Made by a program: the position numbers and the translations under genes
In this document: positions 37,260 to 50,335 of the stretch, one piece after another
Layout: each line of letters begins with the position of its first letter
Numbering within the stretch: the stretch's first letter is position 1
Notes under the pieces: model-generated
The model's database searches: none
Told to the model about the DNA's origin: nothing
Seen by the model: only the letters and a program-made list of their open reading frames with translations
From: Podarcis melisellensis
Lineage: Eukaryota
Assembly: GCA_964234715.1 (NCBI GenBank)
Contig: OZ174279.1
DNA length: 64,000 nucleotides
Strand: one strand, 5' to 3'

Positions 37260-38044
37260 AGCTCCAGATACAGCTCTCTGGTTGCTTAATTGCTGAAAGT
37301 GATGGTGGGGAAGCAGTGGAGATATTCAATGAATATGGGAATCTCCATATTCTGTGTACTATGAGATGGTGGGTAATGGCTGCCTTCCATAAAGGTCTCA
37401 GAAAGGACTGAGGAATACTTTTGGTTGTTGGATAGGGCCAATGACAGAGAATATCAAAGACATATGATGCTGGACAGCAGGAGGAGCCTATAAGCTTTTT
37501 GCACAACAGCTTCTGGGCAGGAGAAAGCTACCTGAGTAATGAAAACTTAAATAGTTCAGCAGCAGTGCTCTTAGAGGGACACCACAACCATACTTAGCAC
37601 AATGTGGAACTGGTCCTGCAACTTTATGTAGAACTCGAGCCGAGCCTGACACTCCACAACTTTGTCAAACATCAGCACTTTCAAGATTCCAGGCTTTCTA
37701 AGGACTTTGTAGTGTGAGTCAGAAGTAGAAAGGTGAGTTAGGGATAAGAGGCAGGAACAAGCCAAGACACATTTGGGGAAACCACAACCCCACCCCAAGT
37801 TTGGAAGGAATAATGTACTTTTCAAACATTCTGTTTGGGTGTCAAGAGAATCCCTTTTCCTCTTGGTTTGCTGATAAACCACATGTTTCATTCACATGTC
37901 TAATTTAAATATGATGATCATCTTGTACAACGGAAGAAAAGATAGGTTTCATTGGAAGGAAAAGTAAAACAAAAAACCCCACATCCTCAGGATTTCTCAA
38001 GCGCGGATGGCTTTTGAAATGGGGTGAACAGAAATGGTTGTTAA

Positions 38045-38076
38045 TCGCCATCTAGTGGCTTTAAGGCAAACTGCAT
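38045..38076 (-). promoter_or_regulatory. CTCF binding site with upstream (U) motif
   Basis: Minus strand atgcagtttgccttaaagccactagatggcga: core CCACTAGATGGCG plus upstream TGCAG. Confidence 0.7.
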
Positions 38077-39093
38077 ATGTAGTAAGGAATCCATTTAAAT
38101 TGGATTAGTGTTTATAATGCTGTTGCCTTGATGTATATTTTGCAATCTGGTCGGCAGGCAGATCTCGAGCAGACATATAGGGATGAAGGGATCATAACTG
38201 CTGACTGCATTGTTATGGAGACATAGGTAGTGAGTACCAAAATTGCAGGTCCTCTGTGTGTTGTGGGTATGGAGAAACCATTGGCTTATTCTGTTGCTGT
38301 CTGTCCACAGTGAGAGAGATGCCATACATTCTGTTCCAGTAGAGAAAGCTGTAGGAATCCAAGGCTTTCATATTGCCTAGACAATAAATAGTGTATGATT
38401 TGGCCCTTTCACTTATTCATATAATACGATTGGCAGCATTCTGGTCCTCTTGTTATCTGAAACTCCAGATTCTTGGAATTCTCAGAGCTCATGTCAGTGT
38501 AACCCTAAAATAATCTGACCGCTTAACCTAAGCATCCCTAGCCATACATACCAGCATGCCCAATTTGTCTAATGCCACATTCCCTTCCAGATTAAGTGGC
38601 ATTTAATAGGTTGGCAGGCATTATCATTCATTCATTGGTTAATGGGGGGAAATACAACAAGGAGCCTGAGTGTCTGCAACAGTGGTGGGAAGCAGAAAGG
38701 GGAGGGAGAAATGCAGTTTGTTTTCCAAACAGAAACAGCTCTTGCAGGAAGCTAATTAAACTGTATGGCAAATACAGAAAGGCCCCATTCATTAAAGTTA
38801 TATAAAGGCCCCAACCCCAGACTCTTTCGACTGGGACCAAACGTCCCCTAAAACAAAGCAGCGCTCTGAGGGGCCCAATCAAGTGATCTGATGAACAGTC
38901 TTGTTGACTTCGGAGAAGCTGGTTTCAGGACCTCCTGGAGAGCTTACAGAGTTTTGGGGTAATATAATAATATGCATAAGAGATGGGCACAGGAACACTG
39001 TGGTATGTGTGCAGCCGGGAGAATAGTGTCTCCTCAAGCCAGGAAGACCAGGAACTGCTTATTCCCCCGCCCTTCTTTATCATTTAAGTAGCA

Positions 39094-39188
39094 CAGCCTT
39101 TGCCAGCCTGGTGCCCTCCAAAATGGGGCTGGAGCTGATGGGAATTGTAGTCCAAAAAGTCTGGAGAGCACCAGGTAGGGGATGGCTG
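39094..39188. mobile_element. Internally deleted palindromic hAT MITE
   Basis: cagcc...cctggtgccctcca / tggagagcaccagg...ggctg; TSD aagtagca / atgtagca. Confidence 0.8.
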
Positions 39189-40181
39189 ATGTAGCATATT
39201 TGTTCACCTGTTCAAATCTGCCCCAATATTAACCACTTGACTACCGCCAACCAATATGCACTATTTACCGGGGCGGGCGGGGAATCCTCACCTCTCATCC
39301 TTGGCATGAATGCATTCAGTGCGGAAGTCAGGTAATTTTACACTCCAGAAATTAATTTAATTTTTTGTAACCGTGTTAAGTTGTTCCTGGGTAAGTACTA
39401 TAGTGGCTCAGATTGTTCTGATGTTCTCATGGAACAATAAGCATATTTATGTTCCTCAAACAAGGACTGTTTGAAATAGCCTACAGTTGTTTGTTTCAGC
39501 AGCTGCTGATTCCATTTCATTTCTATTGCCTTCAAGTCAGGCCATATTGCTGCCTTGAGGTTCATTTTGCATTCTTGGGGGCCATTTTGTGTGACTGGGT
39601 ATCCATCTTCTATGGCTTATGTGACATCTTCCTTCAGAAGAAAAAGAAAAAGAAATGTGTATCTCAGGAGAAATTTGCACTCAAATGCTGATGTATTTTC
39701 TTGTGGACTAAAAAAATATAAATCTTTGCAAACTGATGTGAAAGAGCCTCAATTCAGATTGGAAAAATGAAAAACCAAGATTGACAGATCCACCAATCTC
39801 TGTTTCCTAATAATAATTGCTAACAGCTTCAAGCACATGGAAAAATGCAACTCTGGAGCCATTGCTAGTTGTGGGCAAGCTTGCTGGCATGGAATGTCTA
39901 CCTTGGTACTGTAAACACTTATTTGTTTCTTTTTATGCCACCCCAAGGAGTTGGGGTGGGGGCAACTTGGGGGTTATCCTATTTTATCTTGACCAAAAAA
40001 CTGTGAAGAGGTAAGGCTAAAGTGTTGTGCATCTGGCTCATAGCCACCCCTGGGAACTGCTGTACTATCAGTCAAGAGTGAGGTGGCTGCCTCCTGCTGG
40101 TGGTTTGGGATGTAGAACAGGGCCCTTCAAATGTGGTATTATTTCTAGTCCCAGGGAGAGGTGTTTGAGAAATTTTCTGCA

Positions 40182-40355
40182 TCACATGTCAATATAATTT
40201 GGCCAACCTCGAGGCCAACAGTGGAGGCATCCCAGCCTCCTGCACTACCAGCCTCCATTGTTGTCCTCAAAGCTGGCCAAGTTTGTTGACATCTGAAAAT
40301 AACTTGGACAACCTAGAGGACAACGGTGGAGGCTGGTAGGGCAGGAGGCTGGGAT
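40182..40355. repeat. Direct-inverted-direct local triplication forming long hairpins
   Basis: 40229-40283 pairs with 40301-40355 (55 bp); 40182-40228 pairs with 40251-40294; 40199-40228 is a direct repeat of 40304-40333. Confidence 0.85.
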
Positions 40356-40597
40356 ACCAACAGGAAGTTGAGCCAGAAAAGAAGCCAACTAATTTTGCCC
40401 CCCCCCCCGGCCACGTTCCTCCCTGTTGAGTTCTACAAAGGCAACACTGAGGCTAAGGAAGAGGTGGAGGAAGCTTACAGCTAGCAGCACTCCCTAGACT
40501 AGTTGTAAGTAAAGAGTAGGCAGGTTGGGACTGACTGAAGGCAGACTGATCTTGGTGGCGCAATGTCCCACTTACCCCAAAGGGTCAGCCTTCACTG
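40324..40597 (+). mobile_element. hAT-type MITE (cagtggaggctgg TIR family)
   Basis: TIRs cggtggaggctg / cagccttcactg; flanks gaggacaa / ggagacaa; homologous to 2898-3168. Confidence 0.75.
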
Positions 40598-40654
40598 GGA
40601 GACAATGCTTCTTGACCAGGTTGAGATGGAAAGGGGGCACCTGTTTCACCTCAA

Positions 40655-40762
40655 GTCTTTAGCCAACCGTCCCCAGTGACCTTTGTGTCTGAGTGGGGGT
40701 TCGAACCCACGTCTTGCCTCTCAAAACTCCAGCATACTTTCCACTACACCAAACAGACACTC
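40655..40762 (-). mobile_element. Old tRNA/CORE SINE head fragment
   Basis: Minus strand tggtgtagtggaaag ... gggttcgaacccc (A/B boxes). Confidence 0.6.
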
Positions 40763-42994
40763 AATGGTCTTCCTGTGATCCTTGCCCAATGTTGTCCTGA
40801 GGCTTTGGTTCCAGCTATGAAAAGTCGCTATACCTTGTAGAACTACACCTCATAGCACTTCTTTTTGGGGGGCCACACTCTAAGGCTGAAATCCTATTCA
40901 CACGTGCGTTAGAATAAGCCCTATTGAACTCAGTTATGAGAAGGCATGATTACCGTAGGTAGCGGAGCTAGCAGGCAGGTGCTTCACACGTTTGCTGCTT
41001 TGGAAAGGCAAACTTGTGGAAAGAAGGAAAAAGGGAAATATATAAGTATTCTGCAATAGACCCGGAATCAGTGCAATGGGCAAAATTACTACTGGATGAG
41101 AGTGTTGGGTTTTCGGTGTGTGTTTTTTAATGCAACACATCTACCTCAGTGGACCAGTTAGACTGTGCCCTTTCTTGCACTGTTGTCTATTACTGTGAAG
41201 CTTGTAAGAAGAGATAAGAAACACAAGCACTGCAGCTGATTTGGGGGCCTCCAAATCAGGTCACTGGGCTTCCTGCCATCGATTCTCAGGGGGAGCAAAT
41301 CAGAACCGGCCCTTTGGTAGCTGCACCTGCTTATAGAGTGAACCCCAGAGGAACATCAAGTGTTTTTAAACAGTGTTTTAGAGAAGATGCGTCTCCCTAA
41401 CACAAAGCAATTGCCATGCTTTCTTTCCCGATTGCCTTTTCCCTTCTCTTAAAATGCCAGCGAGGAAAACAATCTCAAGGGGGAAGGAGAAAAAGAAATC
41501 CTCTATACCTTCAGATTTTCTTTTAGGACCAAGAAGGAAGGGGGGTGGGGAGCTTTAATTTTCTCATTTTGCTTTTAATTCCATGCAGTCCTGCGGTTTG
41601 GTGGGGAGTGGGGGAGGAAATCTCTGAAAAGGAACGTGAAATGGTATCTCTTCTCAGCTGCAAATCAGCTGCTAATTAAAACTGCATTAACCCTAATGGA
41701 TTGGAACAAGGATCTAATTTAGAAAACCTCTGTTTATACAAGGCAGACCGGAATAACAAACTCAACTGGACTCGCTCCACTCCCTCGCTTTCTCACTCTG
41801 GCATCCATGATTTGTCAGAGACAGCTTTACACGGAGGCTGGGATGCTCTCCTCTCCTCTCGCTTCGCCGCTGCTGAAATCAGCACTGCGAGCTGCTGAGC
41901 ATCAAAACACTTTTTATTGTTGTATCCGGCAAAACTCCTGCCTTGAGATGTGCTTGTGCTAATCAGTGTCACAGGTGCTTATAATAGTTCACCTAATTGC
42001 TTCATTATTTTTTTGCCACTCCACAGACCAGTTTGTATTTACTGTACAGTATATATAGTTAAACTTATTACAGCTACTTATGGGGATGATTTCCAGCTAT
42101 TCCGCGAATTCTCCCTTGGTTAAGGCAAGTATTGTCTTGTTTTCCTTTATTTCCCAGGTGGTTCTGCTAGAAGCATCAGGGTGGAATCTAATTAATGACA
42201 GTAGCTCCTCCAGCTTGGGTGATAAAGGTTGTTTTGGAAAAGGCAGCTTAAAAACTGGGCCATGTGAGCAAGGAGCTCTTAATGCGCCAATAGCCCCCTC
42301 TGCCAAAGAGAACAAACCATTCCCCTTGGACTCTGTTCTGGCCCTGAGAACAACGGCAGGCCTTGGGTTTGCCTTGTATGTGTGTGTGTGGATGTGTGTG
42401 GATGCAAAGCAGCCTGTGCCTCCCCCCCACAAGGTTTGTTCTAATGAATGCCAGACCATAAATTAATGAAGTGGGGGATTATTTCCATGGGGGTCACATT
42501 GTGATTTGTAGCCCCTAGGGCATCGACAAATCTGCTAGAAGTCAGGGCAGCTTTTAAGAGCTAGTTAGGATGGCGAGTGTTTACAAATGAGATGTTCCCC
42601 CTGAAAAAGGGACCCCCCCATATTTGTCTTTCATTGCCATACATCCTAGACTCAGGGAGAGGGAGTGGTGGTTCAGTCTGTGAGTAGGAAACTGCAATAG
42701 CCCTCAACAATGCCTAGCCAGTGGAATTTGGACCCAACAGGTTCTCACTCATAAGGGAGGCCATTTAGCATCCTTGCTGCTGTTATGAAGGGTTGTCGCT
42801 TGTTCCAGCCCAACAGAACACACTGTTCATAACCCAGGCCTTTCCATATTGTGTTCAGTGTTTCCGTCATCATTGCAATGGGGAGATTTCTGAGAAAGGA
42901 ACAAAATGATTTGCCTGTTCAGGAAGCCTTGCCTTGAGTAGCCTTCAATTACCTTCATCCTCCTGGTCCTAAAGGGTCATCAGTGTGGCTGGTA

Positions 42995-43236
42995 CAGTGG
43001 TACCTCGGGTTAAGTACTTAATTCATTCCAGAGGTCCGTACTTAACCTTAAACTGTTCTTAACCTGAAGCACCACTTTAGCTAACGGGGCCTCCTGCTGC
43101 CCCTGCGCCGCCGGAGCACAAGTTCTGTTCTCATCCTGAAGCAAAGTTCTTGACCCAAGGTACTATTTCTGGGTTAGTGGAGTCTGTAACCTGAAGCATA
43201 TGTAACCTGAAGCGTATGTAATTCGAGGTACCACTG
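42995..43236. mobile_element. Tc1/mariner (Tigger/pogo-like) MITE
   Basis: TIR cagtggtacctcg / cgaggtaccactg flanked by TA on both sides; internal taacctgaagc repeats. Confidence 0.92.
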
Positions 43237-45185
43237 TACTTCCTTTCTTCCAAGTGACAGCAGCACACAGTCACTCCTGATTGGTTTTGTAGCATCATGA
43301 GACCATAAATAAAATCAATATGTTTTTTGTGTTCCTCTTTTTTCATGCATGAAATGCTTTCTGGCTGCTAACACCTTTCTTCAAAGTAATTTCTTTAACT
43401 TCAAAAGCTTATTTTAAAGGATGTGTGGAAATACATCATAGCTTTTTAAAAAAATATACGAAGTCCTACACTGTGCTTGGGGTGAGGGTGGGGTGAGACT
43501 AGCCCATGCCTAAACCCCTAGGCAGCTTTCTGTGTCTTTACCTTCCTGCTCTGAGGGATGAACTCTAATTTGTTTGCATTGACCCATCACATGCAGAATC
43601 TAAGGTTACTGTAATGCGCCTCAACCATATGAGAAGCTTACAAGTTTCTCTTTAAGTCTTCTACAATACAACGTTAAGTACATTTCAGGGCTTGTGCAAC
43701 AGGGACAACAAAAAGGAATCATGCTTGGAATATGTTTTATCCCAGCAGAAGCAGAGCTGAGATTGACCCCATGCTGGTGCATCTCATATTGTTCTTCTCT
43801 AGGTCCTCCTCTGTGTTTTTTACACCCTTCCCCCTACCCACCCAGCACTTCTTATGCGTGCAAAGAACCACTCCCTTTCCTTACAAGCCATGATTTAGTG
43901 CTTGTTTCAATAACAGGATTTCTTTTTCAGTGGATGGGCACCATAAATCAAGCTGTGATCCATCAGCAACAGAGCACTAATTTCCTGGTTGCAAGTGAAT
44001 GCGTTGCATAATATCCTCTTGTCCCTCTGACCTAGGGCTATCCATCCAGTGCTTGGCCAGCTGGATACTCCTCTGTATAATAAGATGCTGTGAGATTTTA
44101 CCTGCTTCATGGAACATTCTCCACCCCCTGCCATTCACAGGCTGCTGTCTATTTCCCCCATTACTTCTGCCTTAACCACCTTTGGCCTGGTCACCCAGCT
44201 TTTTCCAGACAGCTCATTCCCTCTAGGAAATCAAGTTCTCTACAGGTGCGGGGAAGTAGGAGTTAGGAATACAATATATTATGAACTCTCAGGTGCACCT
44301 TTCATTAGAATATCCCCCCCCCCCGGATCACCACAACCTTCATCTATATAGACCACCATCTTGTTTCCGCCATGTCCAGTAAGTTGCTATTAAGAAGCCC
44401 ACAGCAAAGTCATGAAGACATTAGCCAGCCCTCATCACACCCCCTACATCACATCAAGTAGTATTCTGATAGGCTACATCTCAACCTGGAGGCTTTGTTT
44501 AGCTACTAAAGGTATTAGATGCTGAGAGACCAATCCTCCAGGAATCAATCTGATTCCCTGTCTTAGCCAACGACTTTCATGGCAGTGGAAGAAAATGTTT
44601 CTATCTGCACACTCCATGTCACACTCCATTTCTGCACACTTCAGATTTTATCATGTACACCTTAGTTATGTCTCCCTCCCTTCCATTTTTAGCAGAAGAC
44701 ATGACTTAAGAATGTACAGTTCATATCAAGAGTTCAGGCTCCTGGGGACCGAGGCTCTGTGTCTTCTTATTTCTATTTTTATTTTAAAGGGGCCAGGGCC
44801 TCTCAATGTTCAGAGGGGCCCCCAAGCGACATCAGCATGCCACACAGTATTGCACATGGGCCCCCTCAATGCTATGGGGAAGAAGGTGCCTCATATATTA
44901 CAGTGGATCATGTATATGTACAGAAGATTCATGGCAAACCTGTCTTGTTTTTTCATGGCAGTGGCATCAATGTACCTTCCCTAGTTTTCCGAGATGATAC
45001 CATAACACCAAAGGTCTTTAATACTACACAGATACCATCAGTTGCAATCTGGAGTCCCATGTGTATGGGTCTTTTGGGGAGAGCAGCCCCTTGTATGAAT
45101 ACTTGTGGGAGCTTCTGTTTCTGTAGCCAGAAGTTGAGAAGCCCCAGTGATATGAGCTAAACTGCTTCACTGAATTGTGGCCAAG

Positions 45186-45340
45186 NNNNNNNNNNNNNNN
45201 NNNNNNNNNNNNNNNNNNNNNNNNNNNNNNNNNNNNNNNNNNNNNNNNNNNNNNNNNNNNNNNNNNNNNNNNNNNNNNNNNNNNNNNNNNNNNNNNNNNN
45301 NNNNNNNNNNNNNNNNNNNNNNNNNNNNNNNNNNNNNNNN
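45186..45340. other. Assembly gap (155 N)
   Basis: Run of N. Confidence 1.
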
Positions 45341-46659
45341 GGATCAAGATGTGGCTTAAATCAGTTTGTAGCCACAATGTAAAACCTGCATTAGCTATTC
45401 ATTTCATTTCTCTTCCGTTCCATATTAGCAGCGTTCACACATTGCACAAATAGCATGAAAAAGGCTATAAAGTACATTTATGTCTCACTTGCGAAAAACC
45501 TCCTAGCTTTGAACTAATGAAAAGCATCTACAGCCGCTGTGAATTTCTTCAATAAAAGCAAGGGAGCAATTAACAAGGCTGGATAGGAACTGTGTTTAAA
45601 ACTCAAATGTAAATGTAAGAAGTTAAAAATGCGCACACGCAGGATTTGTGGCTCTTTAGTAATACTTGCTTACCCCTTACATAGTGCTTTGCATTTTCAA
45701 AGGATTGAACAAAAATTAGCTAGCTAATTAGGGCAAAGATGATAAGCTTCCTTTTCAAAATGTACCATGCTGTTCAAAACACACTGCATTGATGCTCAAC
45801 ATTTAAAATGAAACTGTGTCTCTTTGTTCTAAAATTTCACAAGGTAAGAGGGACACTTCTGACTACACACAGACTTGAAGGTTTCACTGCTCATTTTGCC
45901 TCTGGGAGGCTTTCCTGTCTGAAATGGTGTATTCCAAGAGGATGATAAATAGTTCCTCTCACTTCCAAAAGTGCAACTACAACATTATATAGAAGGGCTC
46001 TATAATATTTTATATGGGTGCACATAAAATGCATCTATGATATGTATAAATACTAAAAAGGCAGCTGACCTATCTAAATCTTGGACGTTGCTGAGCATTT
46101 TGATTTGAGTGTGATTTTTGTATTGTGAGAATCTTTTGCAAGTCACCTTGGGAGCCTTGATATTGGCTTAATTTATTTATTTTTATCAGCAACTTTGTAC
46201 TGATGTCACATTTTTATATGTGTATTTTTAGAATATTTTTGTTTAAGTTGCCAGTTGTTGCTTCAGTTTTGTGTACACCACCTAGAGATATTTTTTATAT
46301 ATTATGTGGTATAGAAATTAAATTACTAACACCATCCTCAGCTATAAAATAGGATATGAGTATAATGAATAAAGCTGAATATAAGTTTGATAAATAAAAT
46401 ACTAAGTACTTTTTTCAACTTTAGGAGGGGTGAAAAAATAGTGCTTAAGAAAATGCTAATTAGGTGTTTTTTCCTGTCTTGTCAATAGCTGATGGATCAT
46501 AGTTATTTCATGCTTTTACAAGTCTCCATCCAGTGGCTGCAAAACCACCATTTTTATTTGCGTGTTCAAACCCAGAGACCTCCCTCCTAAATAAAGACAC
46601 ATTTGACTCAAATTTTACTTTTGGTTTTCTGGCAGAATTTAGACCACAACTTTATTGAT

Positions 46660-47340
46660 TACAGAAAAGTGAGTGGTTGCATAGGCTCTGGTTCGACTAG
46701 CTCCCTACACCTTTGCAGGTAGCACTGACCCAGAGCTCTATCATAGGTCAGCCAAGGATGAACACCTGAGGAAGGTGAAAAGCCTGGGAGCAGACTCTGT
46801 TCACTCCCCAGATGCTCCCCTGGACTCAGGCACGGGCACAACCCCTTTTCGGGGGTTGGCCAAACCAAGTTGAGTCCCTGGATTTCTTTAACGGAATACC
46901 CTTCACATAGGGATGGCGAGACCGTTCTCTCATCCCTATTACATGAATCAGTGCCTATCCGCAACATTACAAGTTGTGATGATTTGCTACGCGGCAGGCG
47001 AAACCCAAATGGCAACAGCCAATCAGCCAAGTGGGAAAATTCCTGCCGTGCCCCTGTCCCAATGACAGATGACACACGATGATATAGCAAGGTCAATCGC
47101 AAAAGGCCCTAAAATTAGGTAGAGGTGGGTGGGTATTCCGATGCACAAGCCAAAAGAGAAAGCTCTGGGTTACATGCATGGGTTTATATAGGATCCATTC
47201 GACTGCAACCCCATTGGCCAGATTGAAACCCAGCATCGAGGGACCTACCAATCGGGTGTTGTGGCTATCCAATGGACCCACCCACAACCAAGAGGTCAGT
47301 CTCCAGATCTCACCACAACACGTGCCCTCTTTTAGGGAGG
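46660..47340 (-). repeat. CpG-retaining dispersed repeat, same family as 1-400
   Basis: Abrupt GC/CpG rise against AT-rich flanks; core homologous to 70-250. Confidence 0.6.
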
Positions 47341-49534
47341 ACACAATATATCAGTTTCAATATTATATCAGCAGGGCTCTTCCAAAATGGAGAAAGCAGA
47401 TATGGAGATTGCATGTCCTGAAGATTGCACTCCCTAAGGTTAAAAGCTATCCTGGTAAATTATCCAAAACCATTGCATACCCCCATGTAAGCATCTGTCA
47501 AAATAAGCAATGCCCCCTCCCATAACTCATAATCCAAATGTCTGATAATCTCCGTATTTTGGATTAGCCCCAGTCTACTTGGGATGGGAGAGCCTGGAAC
47601 ATTTTTATATGCATACTGTTTCACTAACCCAACCTGAGCGCCAAGCATATGCTTGTAAAAAATATGCATATGTGTATTCATAAATGCACATGTGTTGCAA
47701 AAAACATTTTCAAAGTTTTTACTTAAATAAAAAGGAGGAAGCAAGACTTCATCTAAAACCTTGTGTGATGTTCCAGGGTGAAATATTCATTGTGTTTGCT
47801 AGATAGCCTCTGGGCATCCAAACCACTGGAGGATGCCTTCAGGGAAAGGAGGAGTTAATTAAATTATCTTATATTTAGCATTAATCTTTTTTTCCAGGCT
47901 TGTCAGGTAGCAAGGCAACAAGCCTAGGCTTGACTCTGAGCATCGGCTCTGAGCTGGCGTTATCCGATGGGTAGCTCTAATGTATTATTAATTGAGTTGA
48001 CATCTCTGTTGAGATCAGTTGCAAATGCAGCGCCAATGTTATTTCAACAGTAGACAGTTGGTGCAATAAAAATAAAGAGGGAGGCAGTTCACTTATTCCA
48101 ACCGCATTGATTATAAATGTATTGGAACTGTTTATGAGATGTGTATCACATGACGCATTAAGGAAGATACGCTTGGATATATCCCCATGCAATTAGGACC
48201 TTCCCAGGCCATTTGTAAAGAAATCCTCTTTTCGATGGGTACTTCAGCTATTGCTGATTGAATACCAATAGCTCAGGAGTGTCATATGTTGTTGAATTGC
48301 AGCTCCCATCAGCTCCGGCCAGCATGGCCAGTGGTCATGGATGATGTGAAGTGGTCATGGATGAGGCCTCCATACATAGGAGGCCTCAGGTTTCCTGCCC
48401 CCTGCAATAGCTCTATAAACTGTCCAAAAGGAATGTGCAGGCTTCAAGTGACTAAAGAAATAAGAACAACAACAAATGGTGCCTTGAATGGTGGGACACT
48501 GCTTTGGAAGGATTGCATTGCTCAGCTAATGTTCTAATGTTCTCCACTTTTCAAGTCTAGTGCTGCCACATTTGAGCAGTGTAGCAGGGTAATAGCTGGT
48601 GTCTGAGGAATGAAAACAAAGAATTAAAAATGACAATGTTCACCAGGGTGCAGGCTTGGTGGTGGGAGTCGATCATCCCTGACTGTTGGCCATACTGACT
48701 GGGACTGACGGGACTTAAGAGTCCATCACATTTGCTTCCCCAGAAAAGGCTAAGCCATCTAGTCTTTTACAGACTTGATGCAGTATCCCCTCAGGCTACA
48801 GATCAGGAAAAGAAAAGAGGTCAGCTTCATTGTTGAACCATTGTTTACAACTACTAGATCATGGGTGCAATTGGGACAAAAGAGTCAAGTGAGCAGTATC
48901 GTATCCAAGTTAATAGCAGCACTGAGTTTAGTTTTTCATTCCCTTCCTATATATTTATTTAGACCACTTTTCTACCCCATTCCAAGAGGTTCTTATTCAA
49001 AACAAACACAATAAAGCCAATGTTTAACCCTCTGCCCTTTAAAGGAAAATAAGGCAAGTAGTTGAGACCATGCAATTTTTTATTTGATTTGTCTGATTCC
49101 TACCCAACCCACACCCTCAATTTGGGAGTATCCTCAAGGGAACTTTTATAAAATAATAAAATACAATTACATTGAAGCTATTTCTATGCACTCTGACATT
49201 TAGCATTGTTCTACGGGCATTTCTCCTCCATAAACACTCTCCCCCCCCCCAATTCATGTTAGAATTTCTATGAAATATGAAATATGATAAAAGTGACCTT
49301 TCTTGTTTGATTAGGGAAGGAAGGGAGCACCACTCTAAAATCAAAACATTTTACTTAAACTGGATTCACTTCAAATGGAAGTTTTATAACTTGAATATTG
49401 CTGTGGAAGGTTTAATGATATTAAATGAAGCAGCAGTATTCATATGTCAAGACTCATAATTGATTACTACTAGTATGCTATTGAAACTATTAATTAAATA
49501 TAATTATATATTGTATATAAGTTCAATTTTTTTT

Positions 49535-49735
49535 GCTGTGGGGTGTGTGGGTTGTTAGGGACAGAGCAGTACCTTTGGATGGGAGGCACATTGTTCTCCT
49601 CCTGGGGTTGTTTGTCCACCTTTGGTCCCCACCCTGCACTCAGCTCTCACCTTTGGCTCATAGAAGCTGCCAGCATGTGACAGCAGTCATACCAGAAACA
49701 GCTTCAACTGGCTGGCTAAACCTGGTGGCGGTTTC
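49535..49735 (+). mobile_element. Possible RTE-type LINE 5'-region fragment
   Basis: ctcctggggttgtttgtccacctttggtccccaccctgcactcagctctcacc...gaagctg resembles a recurrent lizard RTE-related segment (recall only). Confidence 0.4.
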
Positions 49736-49968
49736 TCGCAAAGGCGGCCAGCTATACTTAGCGGTCTAGCATATTACGTTGGACTTAATATGCTTGGTCC
49801 ATGTATGGATTGTTGAGTCCATTTTGGACTTCAGTAATGCAAAATGGCTTGTTGTGACTGCTAGGTGCTCTGTGTGATGGTTTGGGTATCTTCCAGAAAG
49901 CTGATATATAAACACAGAAATAAATAAGAACAGACAATTCTACTTAGCAGTCACATTGAGCACTTTGA

Positions 49969-50158
49969 GGGAAGGGCCTTTTGCTCATTTGTAAAGCAAC
50001 CGTTCTGCATGCAGAAGGGCCCAGGTTCAATTTTTGGCATCTCCCGCTAGGCCTGGGAAAGACTCCCTGCCTGAAACCTTGGAAAGCCCCTGCCAGTCAA
50101 AACTGAGCTGAGTGGACCAATGATCTGACTCAATATAAGACCTCTTCCTATGTTCCTA
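49969..50158 (+). mobile_element. Squam2-like tRNA-derived SINE
   Basis: gctca...gcatgcagaagggcccaggttcaat...ggcatctcc...ctgggaaagactccctgcctgaaacc...ctgccagtca...ggaccaat..tctgactca...ttcctatgttcc. Confidence 0.8.
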
Positions 50159-50184
50159 GGAGTGATTGAGCCCTTCATGTCAAA

Positions 50185-50335
50185 TACATTATCTCAACAG
50201 TCCTCATATTTGAGATTGGGGGCTCAGGCTGAGAGAATTGTGGCTTGCTTAAAGTCACCTACAGAATTCAAGGCTGGAGGCCATTTTGCACCCAGCACTT
50301 GTCAGTTCCTGGCTCATTTTCTTAGCTGCTCCACT
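50185..50335 (-). mobile_element. Old CORE/MIR-like SINE fragment
   Basis: ggctgagaga..tgtggcttgcttaaagtcacc is the reverse CORE pattern. Confidence 0.5.
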
